Source of the DNA: Octopus vulgaris
Taxonomy: Eukaryota
Assembly: GCA_951406725.2 (NCBI GenBank)
Contig: OX597815.1
Coordinates: forward strand, 25,482,001 to 25,546,000
Length of the DNA stretch: 64,000 bases
Direction of reading: 5' to 3'
In this document: positions 24,101 to 36,100 of the stretch, one piece after another
Numbering within the stretch: position 1 is the first letter of the stretch
How the letters are laid out: each line of letters begins with the position of its first letter
Position numbers and translations under genes: made by a program
Notes under the pieces: model-generated
Databases searched by the model: none
The model's input: the letters and a program-made list of their open reading frames with translations, nothing else
What the model was told of the DNA's origin: nothing

Positions 24101-27100
24101 TGGCAAAAAGGCTATACTGGCCCCAAGGAATAAAACTGTTCACCATATTAATGATGAAATGCTAAAACTCATTCCTGGGGAAGTCTATGTATATCAGTCT
24201 ATCGATACAACTCCTGACCCAGAGGACGTCATCAACTATCCAATAGAGGTACTCAATTCCTTTGAGCACCCGGACTACCACCACACTTTCTCAAACTTAA
24301 AGTTGGTGCCCCTATAATGCTCATCAGAAATTTGGTTCCCCCAAAACAATGCAATGGCACACGTTTGATCGTTAAGTCCTTATCTCCCACCGTAAACTTA
24401 TATCAATATTTGCCTGAATAATCATCATAATTTAGTGCAATCATTAACAGTACTTTCAAGCAATTCAGCCCCGAGCAACGCCGGGCAATTCTGCTAGTCT
24501 CTTATTATAATATATATATAAACGGCAAAATGTCTGTGTGCATGTCCTTTATACAAATCAACAATTTTTCAGTTAGAGGGCTCGCACTTTCTATGGTCAT
24601 TCAAAACTGTCCAAGGATGGTCGTGCACATCTTTACATTTCCCCAGTCACCCCGCAAAGCCATTAAAAAATCAATAGAAGTTACTTTTTTTGTGAATTTT
24701 CTATCCAAAACTTGATACGCCAATTGAATGCCAGCTAGCTGTATGTGATTGGTGGGCGATTTGGACAGTACTCGCATGTATGTGTGCACGCACGCGGCTG
24801 TATATGCATGCACTAGCACTATGACCCGGCGTTGCTGGGTCATAGTGCTAGTTCTATGTATGAAAACCTACTTGTCATTACTCTAACGATGCTCATTCTC
24901 ATGTGGAACCTGCAATGACTCTAAGAAGACTTCAAAAACATTTTCTCAATGAATGTTTGTCAATATTGTCTTTTAACTGGACAAAGATGCAATCACAGCA
25001 TTTATGAAAGAAACAAGTTTGTAACTGACCACTGGATAACATACAACTTCAAATATGCTACAAATACTAGACCTCACTATCACTGATTATCTGTGTGGAG
25101 GCACATGGTCTAGTGGTTAGAGCAGCGGACTCGCGGTCGAGGGATCGTGGGCTCGAATCTCAGATCGGGCGATGCGTGTGTTTATGAGCGAAACACCTAA
25201 GCTCCACGCAGCTCCGTCAGAAGGTAATGGCGAACTTCTGCTGACTCTTTCACCACAACTTTCTCTCACTCTTTCCTCCTGCATCTAGCAGCTCACCTGC
25301 GACGGACCAGCTTCCTGTCCAGGTGGGGAACCTATATGCCAAGGAAACCGGGAAACCGGCCCTTATGAGCCAGGCATGGCTCGAGAAGGAACAAACAAAC
25401 AAACTGATTATCTCTCCTAGTGACTCACACTCACAACATAAATTTGCTCTTTATGCTGTAAAATACTCCCAACAGCTATTAATTCTCTACAATGTTCAGG
25501 TGAGGCCTATAGTAGAATACTGCTCTCATATCTGAGTTGATGATAGAATTGTGAACATTCTAGATAACATCCAATAAATAGCTGCCTGATTGATCAGCAT
25601 GGAGTTGCTATTTTCTTTCACCTACAAGCATTCTGTATCCTCTCTCTGTCTTTTCTAAACTGCTACAGTGAATTCTACTTCATTTGTGTCATTTCTGTCC
25701 AGGCATTTATTCACTCATCTCTACTTCCCTTGTCAATTATATTATCTCTGTCTTCTAGGCACCACAGTAATCACTTTGCCAACTCTTTCTCCACTGAACT
25801 TCAACTCTCAGGAATTCCTTCTCTGTCCATGTTTTCTTTCAAGTTGTCACTAGTCTTAAATGATTTGCAAGGGTCCCTGGGCATGGCTTCTTCCTTCCAA
25901 CCAAATCATTAAAGAAGGGAAAAAATAATTGCATTTTCATTATTAGTCTTCACTTGATATTTGGAGTATATATTTTTGATATTTATTTAATGGCATTGGA
26001 ATAAATTTCTTTCTCCTTTTTTTTTTACTTAAAGTCGGCAAGCACAGCAGACATCAAAAAGGCCTTTAGGAAACTCAGTTTAATATACCATCCTGACAGA
26101 GAGTCTGGAGATTCAAAAAAGTTTATGCGGATAGCAAAGGCATATGCTGCGTAAGTATAACTTAGTAATAGAATGTAAGGAGTATGTGAAAATAGACCAT
26201 AAATAGTATAATCAGAAAATTCTTTTCAATTCTTTTAATTTAAAGGTTTGCTTTTAAACACATTAAAAAATAATTGCATTTTGGATGAAAACTTTTAAGA
26301 TAACTGATTTTTTTTTTTTCATTTTTTGAGAACATAGTTTGAAATTCTTAAATGTAAGGTGAAAGAAAATATCAATATACTTCTTTCACTGTGTAAATTA
26401 ATTAAAAAAATTTTGTCTTTTAGATTAACAGATGAAGAATCACGAAAGAACTGGGAAGAATATGGCAATCCTGATGGTCCTGGAGGTATATAGTATAAAA
26501 AATTTAGTTTATCAATATTTGTGGAGTTATATTATTGTGTTGTAAACCAAACTTACTGTGAAATTTATGGTGTTAAATCAAGATGTTCTTATATAAATAT
26601 TAATTTAGCATAACCTACTTTATATCTGGTTTTCAAAACTGAAATATGTGTATGAGATTAAATGTTAAGTATTTGAAGTAATCATCTCTAAAATTAAATA
26701 TTTTTGTTTTAATTGTTACATTGAAGAGTAATAAATAGAATAGTTTCCATTTTGACTGTCTTTTGAAGATTTCTAGAATAACTATAATTACTGAAAAAAT
26801 TAAATCCAAATTTCTATGTTTTTTTTTACTAGTTACTCGATTTGGTATTGCTTTACCAAAATGGATTGTTGAAAGAGAAAATTCTGTATGGGTAAGTATA
26901 GTATTTTATAAGGATGGTGGTATTGGGGGATGGCAAAATTGAGTGTTGGACAAAGGTCATTAGGTTTTGTTACAACCATTTATTTTCTGAGTTCCAATTG
27001 TTATTGTCTTTAGACTTTCTAAAAAGGTTCTTTTCTCAGTCTTAACTCTTTGAGAAAAAAATCTTCTCTCCAAATATATATATATATATATATATAGTTA

Positions 27101-30100
27101 ATCCAAACATGAAAACACAAAGAGAAAACACAACAACGCAAGGACGTGGAACAAATGTAGTATTATTGGACGCTCAGGAAGGAACGGAAGGAGGGTTTAA
27201 TGTTTCGAGCGGAGCTCTTCGTCAGGAACATAGGAAAAGGAAAGATCCAGAGAAGGGAAGACGGAGGGAAAAAAATCGCCAGCGGTACACACGTGGTCAC
27301 GTTCTTTGTTTACATCAGCACAGATTTGCAAATTAGTATAATTGGTCTACCTGAGTTCTAACATTAAACAGATGCTTTCATCATCATTTAGCATTCACTT
27401 TTCCATGCTTGCATGGGTCAGATAGAATTTGTTGAGGCGGATTTTTTACAACTAGATGCTTTTCCTGTTGCTAACCCTCACCTGTTTCTAAGTAAGGTAA
27501 TATTTCCCCATGGCTAGACATTTCTTTCCGTGGATGACTGGAAACAAACAACATAATTTGTATGATAACGGTGCTCATTTACAACCATCACATGGTGTTA
27601 ACACAAGGTTAAACACCTGCATTATATATACAGTAATCTTCTTTTAGTGTCTGTGTCCTGAATCCATTCACAGGGCTTTAGTTGTCTCAGGCCCATAGTC
27701 GAAGACACTTGCCAAGGTGCTGCACAATGTGATTGAACCTGAGACGATGTGGTAAAGATGTAAACTTAACCACAGAGCCATACCTGTGCCTTTAGGTGAA
27801 TATCTCTTAATTGCTTCTTCCAATTAAGACTTAATGACAAACTAATAGAAATTGTTAAAAATACAAAATGCCGAATAATGCATCTCATGCTGGAATGAAA
27901 GACATAAAACTAGATATTTTGTTGATTGATGTGATATTATGAATAACGATAAACTTCTAATGATTTTTTAAAAATAAACTTCTGTTTATCCTTTTAATAG
28001 GTGCTTGCTGTTTATGGTCTGGTGTTCATGATACTATTACCATTCATTGTGGTAAGTTTTATATTTCTTACTGATTTAATTCCATCTTAGCGTCTCAGAA
28101 AGACCTGTTTTTTTTTCCAGTTTGATATTTCATGAAAGATCTTTTAGAGAAGGGTAAAGAGAATTTTGATACCCAATCCATTTCCAAAGATATAAGTGAC
28201 AAAACTGAAGTGAAGTAACTTTAACCCTTTAAGCGTTTAAACTGGTCATATCTGGCCCAAGACAAACAACTACTATGAAAGGAAAAAAGTGTGCAGATAT
28301 TGTGAAAAACAAAGGAAATATCGAACATATGGCAATACAATGTGGAAAAATAGCACACAAAATATAAAGAGAGACACGATGAGATAACCAAGATAATCCT
28401 TGTGAATCTACTACAGCAATATAACATCAAAAAAAAAAGAAACTCAGAAATGTGCAAATAGAAAAGGTAACAAGTGAAAAGGTTAAGGTTTTAGTAGATA
28501 GCCCAGTAATAACACCAAACCATATAGAAAGCAAATATCCCGATATTACAATATTTGACCACAAAAGAAAAGAAACCATCATCATCATCATCATAGCGTC
28601 CGCTTTCCATGCTAGCATGGGTTGGATGGTTCAACTGGGGACTGCGAAGCCGAAAGGCTGCATCAGGCCCAGTCTGATCTGGCAGTGTTTCTACGGCTGG
28701 ATGCCCTTCCTAACGCCAACCACTCCGAGAGTGTAGTGGGTGCTTTTTACGTACCACCCGCACTGGTGCCAGACGGAGCTGGCAAACGGCCACGAACGGA
28801 TGGTGCTTTTACGTGCCACCAGCACGGGGGCCAGGCGAGGCTGACAATGGACACGAACGGATGGTGCTTTTACGTGCCATAATAATCGAAATTGGAATAA
28901 CATTGACAAAAAAGGAAAAAAAAAATGAATGAAGTCAAAATGACAAAAATGCAAAAGTATAATAGACTTGCTAAAGAAATTAAACAGATGAATGGATATA
29001 AGGTTAAAATAATACCTTTTATAATGACTTGGGATGGAATGGTCTCAAAGAGGAAAAAGAAAGATGAAACGCACGTTTGGTGCAATGTAGTCAAGAGGGA
29101 CAGTGCTTAAGATGGGAGGGATATGTGGTCAGTTGCAAAATCACATGGAAAGAACTTTGGGCTTGGGAACAAGCAAAAAAAAAAAATATATATAAATACC
29201 TATCGGCTGCAGAAACTCGTGATATACTGAGGAGCCTGCAATATATATTTACATATATTAGCCAGAAATATCCATGATGTTGGAAGCACTCCGTCGGTTA
29301 CGACGACGAGAGTTCTGGATGATCCGATCAACGGAACAGCCTGCTCGTGAAATTAATGTGTAAGTGGCTGAGCACTCCATAGACACGTGTACCCCCAACG
29401 TAGTTCTCGGAGATATTCAGCGTGACACAGAGAGTGACAAGGCCGGCCCTTTGAAATACAGGTACAACAGAAACAAGAAGTAAGAGTGAGAGAAAGTTGT
29501 GGTGAAAGAGTACAGCAGGGATCACCACCATCCCCTGCCGGAGCCTCGTGGAGCTTTAGGTGTTTTCGCTCAATAAACACTCACAACGCCCGGTCTGGGA
29601 ATCGAAACCGCGATCCTACGACCGCGAGTCCGCTGCCCTAACCACTGGGCCATTGCGCCTCCACATCCATGATGTACTGAGTGTGTGGTAGGTGAACTGC
29701 ATTATACTGAGTGTGTGATAGATGAACCGTGATATTCTACGTGTGCGATAAATGAACCACAATATGGCATGGGATTACTATATATATATTTATCTATCTA
29801 TCTGCAGGGTGTATGGTGGTACCGTTCAATCAAGTTCAGTGCTGATCAAGTTTTACTTGATACTACCCATTTATATCTGTATTTCTTTAACAAGACACCA
29901 AGCATGCATCTTAAACGTGAGTATTCTATATTATCTCTATGTATTGTACTGTATTATACCTTTAGTTGTAAATAACCTCCGTGCATCAAACTTTTTAGAT
30001 CAAGGTATATTTACGAAATCATTTACATAATCACCATTTAATTCTCTATTCTATTTAGACAAGCTTCTGTTTCATTGTTTATATACACTGCTAAAATTCT

Positions 30101-33100
30101 CATCTTTCTCTTAGACACTTTTCGTTTGAAACCATGTAATGACTACTTTAGCATAATAATAAAAGTTGCTTATCTTTCTATTGCAAGTTTAATAATAATA
30201 ATAATAATAAAACATTGTGTACAGTGCTCAGGTGCACTACAACTCATCTAAAGTGTATATATAATCAGGTGTAGTTTTGGCGGATTTCGGAAAGCATGAG
30301 GGCCTTAAAGGATGCAGTGTCATAGCAGTCAACAACTGACACAGGCAGTTTATTCCATGCTTCAGCAACTCTGAGCGTGAAAAAATGTTTCCGAAAGTCA
30401 TGGGAGCTGTGTTGTTTTCTGACTTTGTAGGCATGTCCACGTGTGTTAGACACATGGAGATCAAAAAGGTGTTCAGTGTTGTTGTTGTTGGTGAGGTGGT
30501 TGATAACTTTGTGGGTGTTTACCAAGTCCGTCGCCAGACGCCGGAGCTTCAGTGAATCCATGTAATGTTTGTGTAATAAGAAGCCTGTTTATGTAACATC
30601 CGATCTTTAATGACAATTAAGAACAAATGATCATTTTTTTTATCGTTTCCATTCAGTCATTTTATCTACAGTGATAAACGAATTGCATAAAAAGATAGAT
30701 GTTTTGTTTGTCTTTAAATAATTTACTGTAATAAAATTGGTTATATTCTGATGTATTAAATTTTTTTTAAGGTGTTGTTATGATTTTGGCTTCCTCTTGG
30801 GAATATGACAGATTGCACAATGCTGAGATTGTGGAGCGGCCAAGTGACAACGAGGAACTTCCTGCTGTATGTATCAGATTATATCTCTCTATATATAAAC
30901 GGCAGTTTGTCTGTGCGTGTTTCTGTGTGTCTGTTTTCTCGTACCCTCACCCTGACCACGGCTTTCAACCGATTCTGATGAAACTTGACACACACATAGC
31001 CCAATGTCATAATTCAAAACTAACGCAAAGAAAATTTTGAAAAGTTCCCCCAGTTCTGAAAAAGATCGGTAAATTCGACATGGGGTCGACAATTAGAAAC
31101 ACAAATCACAGGGGACGCAACTCGACCTTTTTAACTATCAAAAAAAAAATTTACCATCATTTTTTTTCCCATTTTTTTTTGATATTTTTTGGCTATAACT
31201 CTCTACAAATGCTTTATAGTTATTTCCCTTACAAACCCGAGCAACGCCGGGCGATACTGCTAGTATACTTATATATCCAGTGTGTTATGTCGATAGAAAA
31301 GACACTTAACTCTATTGTCTGAATAATTTTATCATTGGGATTTAATACCTGCTATATTGTTTGTATAATTGTTTTATTTTAATAGTGCTTGAGTTTATTA
31401 TTGCTTAGTTGGACGAAGACAAAGAACATCACTGGTAACCTTTGTAAGACATCCCTCTTGGATGAAGTTGATGCAATTAACGTTTAGCTTGAACTGCTGT
31501 ATTTTGATGTTTATAGAGAAAACGTGAATGAAAAGCGGGAGAATGGTTTTATCTAGTGGGCTTGGGTGGATATGGTACAAAGCTTACTAGAAGTTGTTGC
31601 ATTACTAAGAGCATAAGTTACTTGAAGCTAGTGATGTTGTAGTGGCAGGAGTCTGGTGAAATGAATTTTGTAATTCTTTTTACACTTTTTCCTTTTTTTT
31701 CTTTTTTTTTTTTTTGTATTGTTAGATAAAAAGATGTATTTGTAAACTTGTAGAAAATGTTAGAAAATTTTATTGATATAGTGTTGGTGAATGATACAAT
31801 GCTTAAATTATTTGTAGTTAATGTGATATACCCCACATAAGCCTCCTGGGCCTGGTGCAGCCTCCTGGCTTCCCAGACCCCAGTCGAACTGTCCAACCCA
31901 TGCTAGCATGGAAAGCGGACGTTAAACGATGATAAGCAGTGAGATAAATCTACAAGCAGAACAATAATACTGATAAGGATTCCTTTGAGAGGAAGGCACC
32001 AAGAAATATTTACCAGAACGTATAAAGAAAATTCAAAATTCTATGATAAAAATGACTATACTGCCTGAAATAAAATCAGATAACCAAGTATTTACTCTAT
32101 GGCCACTTGGTTGACTAACCTTGGGATTTAGAGTCAGGTACTTTCTTGTGGTGTGAAGGAAAAAATATGTCAGCAGCAGGTAGAGAATGCAACCATTTTA
32201 CAGCTTGCAATGATCTAGTTTCTTTTATATCTCCTGTATGCCTACTAATGGCTAACCCTTAATTCAATATATCTCTATTCATGTGAGGAAACAGTTGTGA
32301 TTTGTGCAACTTTTCTGGTGTGAGAACGACCCAGATGATCAAAATGATGTCTTTTTGAAACAGATTATTTTTCATGTTTGCAAATAATTTTGGTGATGAA
32401 AAACATGTATATATATATATATAACGGAAAACTTTATGAAAATAAACACGAAGACGAAGGCAGGTGGAGTACAAACAAACAATTGTATTAGTATGGCGCT
32501 CAGGAATATAAATAAAACAAGTCTTTTACGTTTCGAGCCTACGCTCTTCAACAGAAAGATACACAGAAAAGAAACAAAGTGAGATAAAAATGCGTGCAGA
32601 AGCTAGCGATTCAACATGGCGATATATATATATATACACACATACACATAAAAGCACCCACTACACTGAGTGGTTGGTGTTAGAAAGGGCATCCAGCTGT
32701 AGAAACTTTGCCAGATCAGATTGGAGCCTGGTGCAGCCTTCTGGCTCACCAGCCCTAAGTCAAACCATCTAACCCATGCCAGCATGGAAAGTGGACATTA
32801 AACGATGACAATGATGATGATGATGATATATACCACCATGACTGATATCCTAGCTACGGTGGAAAAGGCTAGCCACTGGATTTGGTAAAAAAGAGATGAT
32901 GAGCGATAGCTAGAAGAATATTGAGCTGTATTTAATAACTAGTTGATCTAGCAAGCAGGGCATCATATCTGTAAGGTGGGGTGGTGCACATTGATGCTAT
33001 CGAGAGACTGGCCCTGAAACTGCGTGCATTCTCTCCTGATGACCTCATACACTTGCTGGCTTCCAGTATGCAGAGTTCTTGACCGATAACACTTGCATGT

Positions 33101-36100
33101 GCAAGTTGTTTGCAAAACATCTATGTATATGTATATATAATGGCTAACTTTTGTTTCATAGTCTCATAAAGAGGTGCTTGAATATGAGTTTTTAATTTTT
33201 CTATTTGCACAGCTGATGCGAGAATTAAGCAACTTGGGTGAAAACAATAAAGAGCGACCACTGTGCTTCCCTTACAGTATTAAGGCCAGAGTGTTGTTGT
33301 TTGCTCATATGGCACGGAAAAGTCTTCCAGCGGACTCACTGGAGATAGGTAAGCTACACACACAACTGAAGTTATTTATACCACCCATGTGAATGACAGT
33401 CCGTTCTTGACATGAGGCCATGAATGAATTCAAGATTTTGTGACAGGAATGCTGAGCACAAGATCAGGAATTGAGATTTTACTACAGTAATTGTGTTGTG
33501 TCTTGTCTCAAAGCACTATATTTCTACTTTCATCAATTTATTTTTTACTAATTCTGCTGTTGTTTAGCAGTAGGAAGGGTATGCCCTTCCTAAACTGCTA
33601 AACTGTAGAACTACTCGAACCAACCATATGCATATGTTCAAAATTGCTTTTGTGTGTATTTTGTCCAATCCTTAAAAGCTTAATGTCCATAATTTTCAGC
33701 TTTTGTTATTCACCCTATTGGTCTGAAGTGGGGCTGCAACTGTTGTCTTTGCAGGCCTTTCAAGACTGGTGAAATTGATGCAGTGAATGTCATTCTTAAT
33801 CAATTCAAAGTTGGCTGCAAGGAGGGAACTCTAGAGAGCTGGTATTAGGGTAGGTGTGTGGGGGCACTGGATATAAATGGCAGGTGTGGATCTTACAGGT
33901 TTGGGCATAATTATGAGTGGTGGGATAAGGAGAAATAAATGAGCTGGGAGTGTAACAGTAGAAATGGCAGAGTGGAGGCGTGTGGCTTAGTGGTTAGGGT
34001 GACAGCATCATGATCGTGAGATTGTGGTTTCGATTCCTTGACCGGGCGACACATTGTGTTCTTGAGCAAAACACTTCATTTCACATTGGTCCAGTTCACT
34101 CAGCTGGCAAAAATGAGTAATGTTGCGATGGATTGGCGTCCCGTCTAGCTGGGGAACACATATGCCATTGAAACTGGGCCCATGAGCCTGGCTAGGCTTT
34201 AGTAGAAAAAGTAGAATTGGCAGAGGGAGGAAATAATATGTTGGTCTGTCAGAGGTTGGAGTGTGTAACTTCGTGCCAGTCTGTTGGGAAAAGAATTCAA
34301 AAATGGTCCCGTCTACAGGGTGTAGATAGGTACTATAATTCACTGCTTCTGGTCATGTAGTTGGCATTAGTAAGAGCATTCAACCATTGAGGTTATGCCA
34401 AAGCAGACATTGAAGCACAATGTGACCCTCAGATTTGTTGGGTTCTGCCAGACTGTACAACCTATGTCAGCATGGAAGGCTGCAATAACCTAAATATCAT
34501 TTTGAGCTTTAGATTATTACTTTAAAAAATATATTATTTCAATCTTTAGATTATTGCTTGATAATGAAACCAAAGGCAGTTTAAATTAAAGCAAAACTGT
34601 TTCCAGTTATTTTGAAAAAATCTGTTTGTATTAAATTACAAATATTTCTTTTATTTCAGATAAACAATATATATTAAAGAAATGTCCCAGCTTGATCAAT
34701 GAAATGGTGAATGTTGTTCCTCAGTTAGTTGGTGGAGCAGTTCATGGCAAATGTAAGTGAAAACCAATCGTCATTATATCCATCTTTTTCTGTCTCTTTC
34801 TGCATATCACTACCTCATTCTTATCTATCTGTATCTCCCTATAATAATAATGAAATTATTGTATACAGTGCTCAGGTGCACCACAACTTGTCAAAAGTGC
34901 GTATAAAGCATATGCAGTAATGTACAAATGTCTGGAAAGTGAACAGTGTACGAGTCAGATACATGCTTGTGTGTGTATGGAGGGAGAAAATCAGGTGTAG
35001 TGTTGGCGAATCTCAGGAAGCATGGAAGTTTTGAAGGATGCAGTGCTCCGATAACTAACAACTGATGCCGGCAGTTTGTTCCATGCTTCAGCAACTCTTA
35101 GCGTGAAAAAATGTTTCCAAAAGTCATGGGAGCTGTGCTGTTTTCTGACTTTGTAAACATGTCCACGGGTGTTAGACAGGTGGAGTTTGAAAAGGTGCTC
35201 AGAGTTATTGTTTGTAAGCTGGTTAATAATTTTATGGGTGTCTGCCAAGTCAGCTGCCAGACGTCGAAGTTTCAATGTGTCCATGCCCAGGGAAGTAAGG
35301 CGTTCAGAATATGGCAAATGTCTGATGGAGGGTATTCTCTTGGTTGCACGTCGCTGAACGGCTTCCAGGAGATTAATATCCTGGGCAAGATTTTCCATGC
35401 CAGCCTGGGACATGGAGGTTAAATGATGAGGATAATTGGCATCAAGTTACAAAGTGACTTGAAGGCTAATAGTTTCATGTATGACACTTATCAAATACAT
35501 ATATGTTATATTATGTTCTATTGCTTGATTGATTCAATGCATTGTCTTCTGCTGGTGGTTTGTGATTTATTAATTTTTTTTTATATTCTTAAGAGTTTAA
35601 AAAATATATTTACTATTCAATAAAGGCCAGTAAACATTTTTATCTTATTTGATCACTTCTGGCAGTTAACATTAGAAATTACTATTTCTTATTTTTTATT
35701 CACATAATCCATTTTAGCTTTTTTCTACATTCAAAGGCCAGACTATTAGATGTGTGATACTGTATATTGTGAAATATGGGCTGTATGCAGAGGAAATCTA
35801 CTGCAGTTGAAGAGAAGTGACCATCATATCTGCCTGATGAGCTGTTAATCTATGAGAAAGGCTGATTTAAATTGAGTTGAGAAAAGCCCTGGCTAATATG
35901 TGCAAAAGAATGGTTGTATAGAATTTGGTGTGTATTAAGAACGAATGATTAGTTGGGGAAAAAGTGCTAAGAGCTGACAATGCAGGGTACATATAGTAAT
36001 AGGTCAAGAAAAAAATTATAGGGTTAGGTATGAGAATATTGTTTGGTTGGCATGTGATATTCTCAGATCTGCAGAATCAAGACAAATGGAGGTATTGTAT

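Noticed and set aside
23913-24317. Host PIF1 helicase gene
   Set aside because: Frameshifted, intronless fragment inside Helitron termini
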